Positions 52,310 through 63,205 are shown, counted from the first letter of the stretch. The stretch is DNA of 64,000 nt from an uncultured Candidatus Rokubacteria bacterium (GCA_963805625.1 CAWDVE010000017.1:640001-704000), one strand, 5' to 3'. Translations and numbers: made by a program. The notes: generated by a model from the sequence alone, not told the origin.

Positions 52310-52506
52310 AGCTGGTTGTCACCCAGGCCGGGGCCGGCCAATCGCCCATCTACGCGAACCTCCAGAAGCAGTCCGGCGAGCTGCCGAGCTGGAACTTCGC
52401 CAAGTACCTGGTGGGCAAGGACGGCAAGGTTGTGAAATTCTACAAGAGCGGCGTCAAGCCGGACGACGCCGGTCTGCGGAAGGACATCGAGCCCGCCCTG
52501 CGATAG
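52310..52506 (+). pseudogene. C-terminal fragment of a glutathione peroxidase
   Basis: QSPIYANL...PSWNFAKYLVGKDGKVV...VKPDD; the N-terminal catalytic half is absent. Confidence 0.75.
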
Positions 52507-52618
52507 CACCGTTAGCCGCGGCGGACCGAGCACCCGACTTTTCGCGGCGCATCCGCGAGGGGCTGGCGGGTATGGACGGAGGCCGCGCTCCCGGATCCTG
52601 ACCGATCTTCGACGCCGC

Positions 52619-53203
52619 CTATCGTCCGGGAGCGCCGAGCTGGCCACGCGTGGCCATCGCGTCGAACCAGTGCCCGTAGGGGTGCAGGAGGCCGGTCTGG
52701 AGGAGGTACCACCCCCGGGAATGCCCCCTGGCCCAGAACTCCTCCACCCAGCGGCCTGCGTCCACCAGGAGCGCCTCGTCCGCCACCACGCCACGGATCC
52801 GCTCCGCCGAGACGATCTCGTCCCAGGCAGCCGGCGCCAGCGAGCCGGCCACGGATCGCGTCCGGTCCGCGACGTCGCGCGCGTAGCCTCGAAGCGCCGT
52901 GGTGTCGATCCGGTCGCTCACCGACTCCACCTCCGTGCCGGTCATGCCGGAGCCGACATCGCGCCGCTCCACCCCGAGCCGGTGACGCCAGTTCCCCTCC
53001 GTCAGGATCTGTGGCCGATCGGTGACGAAGCGGCTCACCGCCGCGTCCTCGACTCGCGTGGCGTGCCAGACGAGCCAGGCGACCGAGTTCAGCCCGTGCG
53101 GCCGCGCCCGGACCTGGGCGTCGGTCAGTCCGGCGAAGAGCTCGTCGACGAACCCCCCGTGGATGGCGTTGTAGCGCGACAGAAATAACCCGAGCGCGTC
53201 CAT
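52619..53203 (-). CDS. DinB family protein
   Basis: NSVAWLVWHATRVED ... HPYGHW. Confidence 0.85.
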   Translation of the reverse strand: MDALGLFLSRYNAIHGGFVDELFAGLTDAQVRARPHGLNSVAWLVWHATRVEDAAVSRFVTDRPQILTEGNWRHRLGVERRDVGSGMTGTEVESVSDRIDTTALRGYARDVADRTRSVAGSLAPAAWDEIVSAERIRGVVADEALLVDAGRWVEEFWARGHSRGWYLLQTGLLHPYGHWFDAMATRGQLGAPGR

Positions 53204-53440
53204 CGTGTCTCTCTCCCCGATCCGGCGGCCGAGGTGGAGCCGGTCGCCGGTGGTCTCCGGGCGATCTCGCCTCGTGCGGCCGGCCCTTCCGCCGACCTCG
53301 CGCGAAGCCGACCATACGCCAGCATAGGGTGCCACAACCCCACGACCCCACGGCCAAGGGAAGCGCCATGGGGGCCAGGCACCGATCCGTCGGGCAGCCG
53401 GGGCCACGTCGGCCCCCAAGGGCAAGGGTCGACCGCGCGG

Positions 53441-53469
53441 TTGCCGACCGAAAAGCGACCGGCTATGCT
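53441..53469 (+). promoter_or_regulatory. sigma70-type promoter
   Basis: TTGCCG-N17-TATGCT. Confidence 0.55.
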
Positions 53470-53535
53470 CCTCGCACGGTGGTGTGTGTGTCGGCTCGCA
53501 GCTGAGCGGGCGCCGTTTCTTCGATGGAGGGGTTC

Positions 53536-53778
53536 ATGAGCCAAGAGCATCTCGAGAGCGAGGTGGCCCGCCTGCGGGCCGAGAACGAAGCTCTGAAGGC
53601 CCGGGCGCAGCGAGGCGGGCAGCTGCGCGTCAGCGACAAGGGCGGGGTCTCCGTGTACGGGCTGGGGCGCTTTCCCGTGACGCTCTACAAGGAGCAGTGG
53701 CGCCGGTTGCTCGACATGGCCGACGAGATCCGCGCGTTCATCCGCGAGCACGAGAGCGAGCTGAAGAGCAAAGACTGA
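53536..53778 (+). CDS. Small conserved hypothetical protein
   Basis: Coiled coil plus LRVSDKGGVSVYGLGRFPVTLYKEQW; GGAGG RBS. Confidence 0.85.
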   Translation: MSQEHLESEVARLRAENEALKARAQRGGQLRVSDKGGVSVYGLGRFPVTLYKEQWRRLLDMADEIRAFIREHESELKSKD

Positions 53779-53876
53779 CGCGCGCGGCGCGTGCCGGCGT
53801 CCCCGTCGGCGCCGCGTCCGGCAAGCGCCGCCGGCCGCACCTCAGACCGGGTACCTGGACGAGCCCGGGGGCGCGG

Positions 53877-54653
53877 TCAGAAGCGGATGCTCAGCCCCAG
53901 GATGGGACCGTGCATCGTCGTGTCCCACCTGAACCGGTTAATGCCGGATCCGGTCGTGTAGTCCTGGTAGAGCGCCTTGTACCCCGCCAGGATGGCCCAC
54001 TCGAGCCCCGCCCCCTGCCACTTGTATCCGAACAGGCCCATGACGGACCAGGCGAGGTCGGAGCCCACGCCGAAGCCGCCGACATCTCCCGCGAAGAGCA
54101 GGAACACGTGCTTCGAGAAGTGCACGCCCAGTCGCCCACCGACGATCGGGTCGATCCAGTCGACCTGCTGATTGCGCGACGGTTCGCCGCGGGTGTCCAG
54201 ATCGACGTCGAGGTACGAGTAGCGCCCGCCCGCGTAGACGTCGAGCGTGATCCCCGGGACCCGGTCGACCGTGGTGTCGACGAGCCGGTACTGCGCGCCG
54301 AACTCGACGAACCACGTCCGCTCCGTGATGTCGAGCCCGGTGCTGCCGGCGTCCTCCACCTTCATTTTCACGTAGAAGAAGTCGCCGTAGACCCCCAACC
54401 GGCCCCGTGTCACCTCGACGTGCCCCTGAAGGCCGACCAGGGTGTCCGTGTTGTCCAGGAGGTCGAGGAAGCTGGCGTCGGGGCTCGCGGTGACCCCTTT
54501 GACGGTCACGTCACCGTAGAGGCCCGCGGCCCACAGATAGGGTGTGAAGGTCAGGTGCCAGGCGCTCGGGTCGTCGTCCTCGGCCCGGGCGACCGAGGCG
54601 GTCGCGACAACCAGCAGTCCGACTCCGAGCACCGCGGCGAGTCGCAATCTCAT
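53877..54653 (-). CDS. Outer membrane beta-barrel protein
   Basis: Signal peptide, TPYLW, WIDPIVG, GDVGGFGVGS, C-terminal Phe (GPILGLSIRF). Confidence 0.85.
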   Translation of the reverse strand: MRLRLAAVLGVGLLVVATASVARAEDDDPSAWHLTFTPYLWAAGLYGDVTVKGVTASPDASFLDLLDNTDTLVGLQGHVEVTRGRLGVYGDFFYVKMKVEDAGSTGLDITERTWFVEFGAQYRLVDTTVDRVPGITLDVYAGGRYSYLDVDLDTRGEPSRNQQVDWIDPIVGGRLGVHFSKHVFLLFAGDVGGFGVGSDLAWSVMGLFGYKWQGAGLEWAILAGYKALYQDYTTGSGINRFRWDTTMHGPILGLSIRF

Positions 54654-54849
54654 CACGTCGGCGTCTCCTCTGTCACGGTCGCTGCCTCGATCGCCCGGAG
54701 GGGCGGATGGGACCCGGCGAGCTCTCGGCTCGGAGCCTGCCTCCCTCGAAAACGATAGTAGTGTACTTGTACCATGCCGGAGGGGTTGCCCAGCAGCGGA
54801 TCCCCGCCGCCGGCGCGCCGCGCCTTCGACCGGCCGCCGATCTCGCTCG

Positions 54850-55294
54850 CGCTGGTCGGAGCCCGTGACCGTGTACGCGCTCCGGGGCGTGACCGGCGAG
54901 GAAGCGATGGACGGGGCCGACGAGGATGAGGGGCTGGCGCAGGTCGACCTGCCCGCCGTCGCGCACGTCGTCGGAGAAGGGAAGCGTGTCGACGGGACCT
55001 CTCACCCCAATCCGCGTCACCCGCATCGGTCGCACGGTCGTGGAGTTCGTCGCGAACGCGGCCTTGCCGACGACCCACTCGGACCTGAAGCTGGTCGTCG
55101 ACTTCGGGGACGGCGGGGCGACCGACGCGAGCTACGTCCGCGTCGCCGCCCGCGAGCCCTCCGACCGCCTCGGGCCGGCCGGCGCCCGGATTCGCGCCGT
55201 GTTCACGTCTCTGGCCGAGGCAGACCTCCTGCGCATCGACCGTCTGGTCGACGCCCAGCCGACGCCGACCGGCGCGGGCAGCCTGTCCCCCTAG
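54850..55294 (+). pseudogene. Fragment resembling the C-terminal extension of class III adenylate/guanylate cyclases
   Basis: SEPVTVYALRGV ... EGKRV ... SDLKL ... YVRV ... AVFTSL across frames; no cyclase core upstream. Confidence 0.4.
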
Positions 55295-55418
55295 GCCGGC
55301 CGTCACCGGGACGCGCCCGGCGGGATGCAGTAGGATGGCCGGGTCGGATCGTGGACGGGCCCGGACCGGGTGCGTCGGCGGCCGGCGCGCCGTGCCCTCC
55401 GGTTCCGAGAGGACCCCT

Positions 55419-57653
55419 ATGAACGCTGGTCACCCGTGGAGCCGGCTCGCGGCCTTGGTCTGCGTCCTCGCCCTTCTGCCGGCGGTCGTGGCGGCGGCGG
55501 CCCAGCCGGCCGGATCGGAGAAGCCGGTCTCGGTGAAGCTGCCCGAGCCGCTGACCCGGGAGGCGATCCGTGAGCTGGTGGCCCGGCTCAGCGACGCGGA
55601 GGTCCGCGGGCTGCTGCTCGCCCAGCTCGACAAGGCCGCCGCGCCCGAGGCCGGCGAGGCCGCCCCGCCCATGGCTGCGGGCCTCGCGGGGAACGTCGAT
55701 CGCGCCCGGACCGAGATCGGGGCTGTGCTCCGGGCCGCGCCCGATCTGCCCGCCGCGCTGGGTGCGGCGGTCGGCCGGTTCTCCGAGGGACGCTCTCCGT
55801 ACCACTTGCTGCTCGTCGCCGCTCTCTTCGTCGTCCTGCTGGCGCTCGGCTGGATCGCCGAGCGCCTGGTGGGGCGCCTGCTCGCCGGCGTCCGTGGCCG
55901 GTTTGACCGCAGCCCGGGCGACGGCCTCGGCGTCGATGCCGGGAGCCTCGTGATCCGCGTGGTCCTGGACCTCCTGCTCCTGGCGGTCTTCGCCGCCACG
56001 ATATTCGCGGGGTTCCTGGCCCTCTACCAGGGCCACGAGGCCACCCGCGAGCTGATCGTGAGCGCGCTCGTGGCCATCATCCAGGTGCGGCTCGCCATGC
56101 TGGTGGCGCGCTTCCTGCTTGCGCCGCACAGCCCCGCGCTGCGGCTCCTGCCGTTCGATGACGCAGCGGCGGGAGTCCTCTATCGGGGCGTGGTCACCCT
56201 CGCCTGGCTCTACGGCTGTCTCGATGTCCTCACCTTCTTCCTCCAGCGCTTCGGTGTGCCGCGTGAGCCGTTCCTCTTCGTGGGCCTGGTCGGCAAGCTC
56301 GTATTCGCCTTCATCTACCTTCGCCTGGTGTGGCGCGTCCGTGCCCCGATCGCCGCCAAGATCCGAGGCGACGGGCAGAGCACGCTCCGCCGGCTGCTCG
56401 CCGATCTCTGGCCGGCCCTGATGACGGCCTACGTCCTGTGCCTCGTGGTGGTCTTGACGGTCGAACAGCTGGCCGGCCGTCTCCGCACCGGCCGGGCGGG
56501 GATCTTGAGCCTCCTGGTGGTGCTCGCCATGCCGCTCGTCGACATGGCGCTCTGCCGGCTGCTGGCCCGGCGGGCGAGGAGAATCCAGCCGGACGGAGTG
56601 GCGAGGTCCGGCGCGAGCTTTCTGCCGGTGCTGCAACGGGGCTACCACATCGTGGTCACCGCCGCGGGCGCCCTGGTGATCGTCCACCTCTGGAATCTCG
56701 ATCTGGTGGACCTGGCGACCCGCGGCGTCGGGGCGCGCGTGGCCGGCGCGCTGATCGACATTGGCCTGACCCTCATGCTCGCGTACCTGGTGTGGCAGCT
56801 CGCGAAGACGGCCATCGACCAGCGGCTGGAGCGGGAAGCCCGGCCCCGGGGCGTGAGCGACCCGGGCGAAGCCGGGGGGACGGGCGGGTCGCGGCTCCGG
56901 ACTCTCCTACCGCTGGCGCGCGGGACGGTCTTTGCGGTGGTCTGCGTCATGAGCGTCTTGTCCGTGCTTGCCGCCCTCGGCGTCAACATCGGTCCGCTGC
57001 TGGCGGGCGCCGGGGTCGTCGGGCTCGCGGTCGGCTTCGGCGCGCAGACGCTGGTCCGGGACATCTTCTCGGGCGCCTTCTATCTCGTGGACGACGCGTT
57101 CCGCGTGGGTGAGTACATCAACGTCGGCGACGCCAAGGGCACGGTGGAGAAGATCGGCATCCGCTCCATGCAGCTCCGCCACCACCGGGGCGCGGTCAAT
57201 ATCGTCCCGTACGGCGGGATCAAGAAGATGACCAACGAGAGCCGCGACTGGGTTATCGAGAAGCTCGAGTTCCGGCTGACCTACGACACGGACATCACAA
57301 AGGTCAAGAAGATCGTCAAGCGCATCGGCCAGGAGCTCATGGCGGACCCGGAGCTGGGCCCGCACATCCTCGAGCCCCTCAAGTCGCAGGGGGTCATGGC
57401 CATGGAGGACAGCGCCCTGCTCGTCAAGGCGAAGTTCACCGCCAAGCCGGGCGAGCAATTCGTGATCCGCCGGGAGGCCTACCAGCGAATCAAGCAGGCG
57501 TTCGACGAGGCAGGCATCCACTTCGCCCACCGGCAGGTGACGGTATTCGTCCCGCCGGGCGCGACCGATGCCACGGCGGCGGCTGCTGCCGCGACCGGCG
57601 CCGCCGCCGCCGCGGTTCTCGCGGCCGAGCAGCCGGCGGAGGGTGCTTCCTGA
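55419..57653 (+). CDS. Large MscS family mechanosensitive channel
   Basis: Multiple TM segments; PLLAGAGVVGLAVGFGAQTLVRDIFSG, FRVGEYI, GTVEKI, PGEQF. Confidence 0.93.
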   Translation: MNAGHPWSRLAALVCVLALLPAVVAAAAQPAGSEKPVSVKLPEPLTREAIRELVARLSDAEVRGLLLAQLDKAAAPEAGEAAPPMAAGLAGNVDRARTEIGAVLRAAPDLPAALGAAVGRFSEGRSPYHLLLVAALFVVLLALGWIAERLVGRLLAGVRGRFDRSPGDGLGVDAGSLVIRVVLDLLLLAVFAATIFAGFLALYQGHEATRELIVSALVAIIQVRLAMLVARFLLAPHSPALRLLPFDDAAAGVLYRGVVTLAWLYGCLDVLTFFLQRFGVPREPFLFVGLVGKLVFAFIYLRLVWRVRAPIAAKIRGDGQSTLRRLLADLWPALMTAYVLCLVVVLTVEQLAGRLRTGRAGILSLLVVLAMPLVDMALCRLLARRARRIQPDGVARSGASFLPVLQRGYHIVVTAAGALVIVHLWNLDLVDLATRGVGARVAGALIDIGLTLMLAYLVWQLAKTAIDQRLEREARPRGVSDPGEAGGTGGSRLRTLLPLARGTVFAVVCVMSVLSVLAALGVNIGPLLAGAGVVGLAVGFGAQTLVRDIFSGAFYLVDDAFRVGEYINVGDAKGTVEKIGIRSMQLRHHRGAVNIVPYGGIKKMTNESRDWVIEKLEFRLTYDTDITKVKKIVKRIGQELMADPELGPHILEPLKSQGVMAMEDSALLVKAKFTAKPGEQFVIRREAYQRIKQAFDEAGIHFAHRQVTVFVPPGATDATAAAAAATGAAAAAVLAAEQPAEGAS

Positions 57654-58030
57654 GCCTCCTCCGCGGTGCCAACGGCCTGATGGCGGCCCTGTTCCTGTTC
57701 GCCGCGGCCGGTCCAGTACAACGACCCCGACCCGCTCCGGTCGATGGCGATCTATGGGCTTGCCGCGTTGGCGTGTGTGCTGTCGCTGCTGCGACGCCTG
57801 CGCCCGTCCCGGGGCTCGTTGGACTGGGTGCCGGGGGCCTGGGCTGGCGGTCTCGCGCCGGGTGTCATCGGGCGGGTGTCGGCGGGCGAGCTCTTCCAGT
57901 CGTACGGCATGATGAGCGAAACCGTCGAGGAGGCGCGGGAGATGGGGTCTCCTGATCGTGGCGGTCTGGATGAGCCTGCTCGCCCTCCGCTCGGGCCCCT
58001 CCCGACAGGCCCGCCGGTCGCCGCCGTCCC
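57650..58030 (+). CDS. Transmembrane protein 220-like (frameshifted; ends approximate)
   Basis: LFLFAAA-VQYNDPDP..MAIYG ... EEAREMG-LLIVAVWM across frames. Confidence 0.68.
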
Positions 58031-58360
58031 GACGCTGGCCGGAGCCCGCGCTTGGCGCGGCCCGGGACTCACGGTGGCGGGGATCCCGACGGCACGACTG
58101 GCGGTCGGGGAAGCCAGCGGCGGGTCGTCGACCGGGCGAGAGGCGGCGGGAGAGGGACGCGTCGACTTCGCGATCGGAACCGGCGAGTAGACGGTCACGG
58201 CCCGCCTCGGCAGGTGGTCGCGGATCCCCCGCCGGCGCGGAGAGGTCGCCGGTCTCGTTCGTGGTCCGCGGGCCGCCGAGCTCACGGCGAGCCGGTGGAA
58301 CGCACCGCGGCGGGAATTCCTTCGCGGCTCGGTCGGCCCGGGGCTCATAATCGAGCCTAG

Positions 58361-60499
58361 ATGGCCGGTGTTCTGAGCGGGCTCGGGCGCGAGAGGTTCG
58401 GGTTCGTGCCTGTGCGATTCACGGAAACGACCGTGCGGATCGCGCTCCTGTCGATCGTGGCGCTAGCTGTTGCGGCCTGGAGTCCGGGCCCCCTCGATGC
58501 GGCGGCCGCTATCCCGGCACCCGGGGCCGCTGCCACCGGCGACCTGTCCGCGATCCAGAAGAGCGGCACGATCCGCCTCCTCGTCACCGGGTCCGAGCAC
58601 CTCCAGCGGGCCGGCGACCCGAAGCGCGAGGAGCTGGCGCTGGCGGTGGCCTTCGCGCGGAAGCTCGACCTCCACGCCGTCCCCGTCGTGATCTCGGACC
58701 GGAGCCAGCTGATCCCCGCGCTCCGGGCCGGGCAGGGAGACGTCATCGTCGGGTCGCTCGCCATCACGCCCGAGCGCGCCGTGGAGATCGCCTTCACGCG
58801 ACCGGTCCGCTTCGTGGCGCAGCAGGTCGTGGTCCCGAAGGGCGACCGGAGCCTCAAGCGGCCGGCGGACCTGGCGGGGAAGACCGTGACGGTCCGGGCC
58901 TCGAGCTCCTACGCCACCACGCTCACGCGGCTCCAGGCGCGGGTGAAGGGTCTCGAGATCAAGCCGGCCCGCGAGACCGAGGACACGTTCGACCTCATCC
59001 AGAAGGTGGCCCGGGGCGAGGAAGCCATCACGGTGGCGGACTCGGACATCCTGGCCGCGGCGCTCACGTTCGAGCCCGGCGTGAAGGCGGCATTCACGCT
59101 GAGCGAGCGGGACTCGATCGCCTGGGGCGTTCGCAAGGAGAACCCCGCCCTCAAGGCGGCGCTCGACGCCTTCCTGGTCGAGCGGGCGCTGACCGGCTAC
59201 AAGGACCGCCCGACGCGGGCGGACCTCGATGCCATCCGCAAGCGCGGCGTGCTCCGGGTCCTTACCCGCAACTCGAGCACGACGTACTTCCTCCATCGCG
59301 GGGAGGAGCTCGGCTTCGAGTACGAGCTGGTCCGCGAGTTCGCGCGGACGCTGGGGGTGCGGCTCGAGCTGGTGATCCCTCCGTCGCGCGAGGCGCTCGG
59401 CACCTACCTCCGGGAGGGCAAGGGTGACCTGGTCGCGGCGGGGCTCGCGGTGACACCCGAGCGCCGTCAGGAGTTCGCCTTCACCGCGCCCTACAACCGG
59501 GTGAGCGAGATCCTCGTCGTGCCGGCGAAGGACCGCGCCACCCGTGGCCTTGGAGATCTTCGCGGCCGGAAGATCAGCGTGCGGCGCTCGTCGAGCTACT
59601 ACCAGGCGCTCGCGCCGCTCCAGGCCCAGCACGGGTTCGAGCTGGACCTCGTGTCGGAGGACGACGAAACCGAGGACATCCTGGAGGTGGTGGGTGACGG
59701 CAAGCTCGCCGCCACGGTGGCCGACTCGAACATCGTCGACGTCCAGCTCACCTACAGCGACAGTATCCGCGGCGCGGGCCCGATCGGCGAGCCCCGGGAG
59801 ATCGCCTGGATGCTCCGGAAGGACCAACCGCAGCTCAAGGCGGCCGCGGACCGGTTCATCCGGCGGATCTATCGAGGCACGTTCTACAACATCACGATGA
59901 CCAAGTACTTCAAGAACCAGCGCCAGATGCGGACCGCGGCGAGCGAGGAGCGGTCGGACAAGGCAGACAAGCTTTCGCCCTACGACCCCCTGGTCAAGAA
60001 GTACGCGACGATGTACGAGTTCGACTGGCGGCTCGTCACGTCCCAGATGTTCCAGGAGTCGCGGTTCGACCCGAGCGTCCGGAGCTGGGCCGGGGCGCTG
60101 GGGCTGATGCAGGTCATGCCGAGGACGGCGGGGGAGCTCGGCGCCGGCGACGTCAGGAAGCCCGAGCAGGGGATCCAGGCCGGCGTGAAGCTGCTCGCGC
60201 GATACGGAGCCATGTATCGGGAGCCGGAGATCGGGGAGCAGGACCGCCTGCGCTTCACCCTCGCCGCGTACAACTGCGGCCCTGGGCACGTGGCCGACGG
60301 GCGCCGCCTCGCGGCCGACCTCAAGCTCGACCCGAACCGCTGGTTCGGCCACGTGGAGCAGGCGATGCCGCTCCTTGCCAAGCCGCGGTTCGCGCGGACG
60401 GCGCGGTACGGGTACTGCCGGTGCGGCGAGCCGGTCAAGTACGTCAGCGAGATCCAGCGCCGCTACGAGTCCTATTCCAACCTGATCGCCCTCAACTGA
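58361..60499 (+). CDS. mltF: MltF-like lytic transglycosylase with two tandem solute-binding (SBP_bac_3) domains
   Basis: Two SBP repeats (ITPER, VRASSSY, TVADS / VTPER, VRRSSSY, TVADS) plus SLT motifs QESRF, GLMQVMP, AAYNCG. Confidence 0.88.
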   Translation: MAGVLSGLGRERFGFVPVRFTETTVRIALLSIVALAVAAWSPGPLDAAAAIPAPGAAATGDLSAIQKSGTIRLLVTGSEHLQRAGDPKREELALAVAFARKLDLHAVPVVISDRSQLIPALRAGQGDVIVGSLAITPERAVEIAFTRPVRFVAQQVVVPKGDRSLKRPADLAGKTVTVRASSSYATTLTRLQARVKGLEIKPARETEDTFDLIQKVARGEEAITVADSDILAAALTFEPGVKAAFTLSERDSIAWGVRKENPALKAALDAFLVERALTGYKDRPTRADLDAIRKRGVLRVLTRNSSTTYFLHRGEELGFEYELVREFARTLGVRLELVIPPSREALGTYLREGKGDLVAAGLAVTPERRQEFAFTAPYNRVSEILVVPAKDRATRGLGDLRGRKISVRRSSSYYQALAPLQAQHGFELDLVSEDDETEDILEVVGDGKLAATVADSNIVDVQLTYSDSIRGAGPIGEPREIAWMLRKDQPQLKAAADRFIRRIYRGTFYNITMTKYFKNQRQMRTAASEERSDKADKLSPYDPLVKKYATMYEFDWRLVTSQMFQESRFDPSVRSWAGALGLMQVMPRTAGELGAGDVRKPEQGIQAGVKLLARYGAMYREPEIGEQDRLRFTLAAYNCGPGHVADGRRLAADLKLDPNRWFGHVEQAMPLLAKPRFARTARYGYCRCGEPVKYVSEIQRRYESYSNLIALN

Positions 60500-60546
60500 T
60501 GACCGTGCAGGGGCCGTCCGCCCGTCCAGTTCGGGAGGTCTGACCG

Positions 60547-61317
60547 GTGTTCCCGTACCGGGACGAGAACGAGACGATTCGCACACCGTACGCCACGTTC
60601 GTGCTGATCGCACTCAACGTGGGGGTGTGGCTTCTCATCCAGGGCGCAGGCTCGTCCATGGCCCTGGCACGGTCCATCTGCAACCTCGGCCTCATCCCAG
60701 GCGAGCTGACACTGAGCGTGCCTCCCGGGACGCGGTTCCCGATGGGCGACGGGCTCGTGTGCCTCACCGATCCGGGGCGGCAGACGGCGCACATCCTGAC
60801 GTCGATGTTCCTGCACGGCTCGTGGATGCACATCCTCGGGAACATGTGGTTCCTGTGGATCTTCGGGAACAACGTCGAGGACGCCATGGGCCGGCTCCGG
60901 TTCGTCGTCTTCTATCTCCTGACCGGCGTGGCTGCCGCGCTCGCCCAGGTCGTCCTCAATCCAGCCTCGGCGGTGCCGATGGTGGGTGCCTCCGGTGCCA
61001 TCAGTGGCGTGATGGGCGCCTACATCGTGCTGTACCCCCACGTGCGCGTGTTCATGATCGTGCCGCTCGGATTCATCCTCACCTCGATCGCCTGGCCGGC
61101 CTGGATGATGCTCGGCTACTGGTTCGTCCTCCAGTTCGTGAGCGGGCTGATCGTGCCGCAGGAGGGCGGGGGAGTCGCCTTCTGGGCGCACTTCGGCGGG
61201 TTCGTGGCCGGCGCGGTCCTCATCAAGCTCTTCACGCGGCCGGAGTACCTCGCCGCGCACCAGTCGGGACACTGGCGCCCGCGCCGCGTCGGATTCGGGC
61301 CCCCGCGCGATTCCTGA
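60547..61317 (+). CDS. Rhomboid family intramembrane serine protease
   Basis: MFLHGSWMHILGNM, GASG, AHFGGF. Confidence 0.94.
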   Translation: MFPYRDENETIRTPYATFVLIALNVGVWLLIQGAGSSMALARSICNLGLIPGELTLSVPPGTRFPMGDGLVCLTDPGRQTAHILTSMFLHGSWMHILGNMWFLWIFGNNVEDAMGRLRFVVFYLLTGVAAALAQVVLNPASAVPMVGASGAISGVMGAYIVLYPHVRVFMIVPLGFILTSIAWPAWMMLGYWFVLQFVSGLIVPQEGGGVAFWAHFGGFVAGAVLIKLFTRPEYLAAHQSGHWRPRRVGFGPPRDS

Positions 61318-61373
61318 GTCGCATTCCGGCGACCGCGGCGCCCTCGCCGCGCAGTCGGTCGGCTGTCGGTCGA

Positions 61374-61402
61374 TTGACGGTCCTCGGACCCGGCGCTAGA
61401 CT
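61374..61402 (+). promoter_or_regulatory. sigma70-type promoter
   Basis: TTGACG-N17-TAGACT. Confidence 0.62.
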
Positions 61403-61430
61403 GCTCTTGTCGCGAGCCCACGCGCGATCG

Positions 61431-62063
61431 ATGATGAACAACAGCCCTCGGCATGTGATCTCTGGCCTCGTGGCACTCGCCGTGCTCATCGCCCTCACCT
61501 CCTGCAGCGCCACGCGTCTCACCGACGTCTGGCGGGACCCGGGATACGCAGGCGGGCCCTTCCACCAGGTGGCAGTGTTCGTGCTCGGCGCCGACGAGGC
61601 CGTCCGGAAGCTCGTCGAGGACGAGATGGTGCGGCGCCTTCCCATGAGCACCCGCGGCATCGGGAGCTACGGGATCGTGCCCGAAGCCGAGCGGGGCGAC
61701 ATCGACAAGGCCCGAGAACGGCTTCGCACCGGCGGATTCGACGGCGCCATGATCGCGCGGGTGATCGGCGTCGAGGGCCCGGTACCCTGGGCGGCCGGCA
61801 GCCTCCAGCAAGTGCCGGTCTCGTACCGCACGCTCGGAAACTACTACGTCAACACGTACCAGGAGACTGAGCGCTCGAGCAGCCTCCGCGCTTCCACGGT
61901 CGTGCGCGTCCAGCTGAACGTGTACGCGGTCGCCTCCGAGGCGCTCGTCTGGTCGGCGGCCAGCCGGACGTCCAATCCCGAGGAAACGCGGGACGTGGCC
62001 GGGGACGTGGCGAAGCTCGCGGTCGAGGAGCTCCAGAAGGTCGGCATCCTGGCGGCGGAGTGA
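61431..62063 (+). CDS. Hypothetical lipoprotein
   Basis: Lipobox LTSC; WRDP, GFDG, LVWSA. Confidence 0.8.
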   Translation: MMNNSPRHVISGLVALAVLIALTSCSATRLTDVWRDPGYAGGPFHQVAVFVLGADEAVRKLVEDEMVRRLPMSTRGIGSYGIVPEAERGDIDKARERLRTGGFDGAMIARVIGVEGPVPWAAGSLQQVPVSYRTLGNYYVNTYQETERSSSLRASTVVRVQLNVYAVASEALVWSAASRTSNPEETRDVAGDVAKLAVEELQKVGILAAE

Positions 62064-62122
62064 GAGGTAGCAAGCCGGCCACGCCGTCGGACATCCTGAT
62101 CCGGGGTACGGTGGCGCGACGG

Positions 62123-63205
62123 CTACGCGGCGGCCAGACGCCGAGCTCGCGCGGTCCAGATGCGGCCGTCGAGCCAGTAGTGGCTGAGGAGCCCGGCCGC
62201 GAGGAAGGGCGAGAGCCAGTCGAGCCCTGACAGCGTGCACGCCGCCCAGCTGGCGAGGCCCACCGCAGGCCACACCGCGAAGGAGCCGAGCAGGTTCAGC
62301 TCTCCGCCGAGCCCCGGGCGCCGGGCCCTGCCGGCCTGCCGGGCCATCGCGTAGGTGAAGTAGAGGTACTGCACCTCGTGGTGGAGCACCAGCACCAGGA
62401 TGAAGGCGGTGCTCCAGGCGCCGACAACGTAGGCGCTCCCGAAGGCGACGGCGTTCGCCAGCACGAGCCATCGCTCGGCGGGATGCACGAGCGGCTGGCC
62501 GGCGGTGCGATCGGCCAGCCCGGCCGGGCGCATCCAGCTGGACGCCCACGCGAGGTAAGCGAGGACGCTCCCGAGTGCCAGGCCCCCGAGCGCGCCGAGC
62601 ACCGGCGCGGTCAGCGCCAGACCATGGAACGGCTCACCCTCGAGCGTCGACGCAGTGCTCGTGAAGTAGGCGACGGACGCCGCCATCGGCAGGTAGATGG
62701 CCGCCTGGAAGAGCCAGCGGTGGCAGGTGGACCGCGGCCCTCCCGCGCGTCTCTGGTAGTAGCCCGCAACCCCGAGGTTCTGGCGGCCCCGATGCCAGGC
62801 GCCCAGATATAGGATGGCGGTGGTGAGGAGTAGCGGCCGGTCGCTCATCGCCAGGGCATAGGTCGCGGCGAGGATGGCGAGCGGAACCACGAGCACGTCG
62901 AACGGCATGCGGCGCCAGAGGCGGCGCCGCCACACTGCGTCGTACGTCGCCCCGAGGTGGAGTTCGGACAGGAGCACGTCGGCCGCGCTGAGGTGGCGGT
63001 CGCCGAGGAGGAGCAGCGCGAGCGCCATCGCCACGAGCAGCGCGGCGCCGCCGGCGCAGGCAACCCAGAAGTCGGCGGTCTCGGAGATGAGCCACATGTT
63101 CTCGGTCGACGCGATCCACCCGGGCGCGGACGTCGCGACCGGCGCAGGGCCGATGGGGCGAAGGGGGGCGGCCGGGCTCGTCGTGTCGGGAGCGACCGAG
63201 CTCAT
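62123..63205 (-). CDS. Polytopic membrane protein with His motifs
   Basis: LHLGATY, WHRGRQNLG, HHEVQYL, HYWLDGRIW. Confidence 0.78.
   Translation of the reverse strand: MSSVAPDTTSPAAPLRPIGPAPVATSAPGWIASTENMWLISETADFWVACAGGAALLVAMALALLLLGDRHLSAADVLLSELHLGATYDAVWRRRLWRRMPFDVLVVPLAILAATYALAMSDRPLLLTTAILYLGAWHRGRQNLGVAGYYQRRAGGPRSTCHRWLFQAAIYLPMAASVAYFTSTASTLEGEPFHGLALTAPVLGALGGLALGSVLAYLAWASSWMRPAGLADRTAGQPLVHPAERWLVLANAVAFGSAYVVGAWSTAFILVLVLHHEVQYLYFTYAMARQAGRARRPGLGGELNLLGSFAVWPAVGLASWAACTLSGLDWLSPFLAAGLLSHYWLDGRIWTARARRLAAA

Noticed and set aside
58463-60613. Long antisense ORFs (also 26100..27863, 4611..6239, 55203..56687 and others)
   Set aside because: These are shadow frames opposite well-supported genes, expected in high-GC DNA, and they show no protein motifs.
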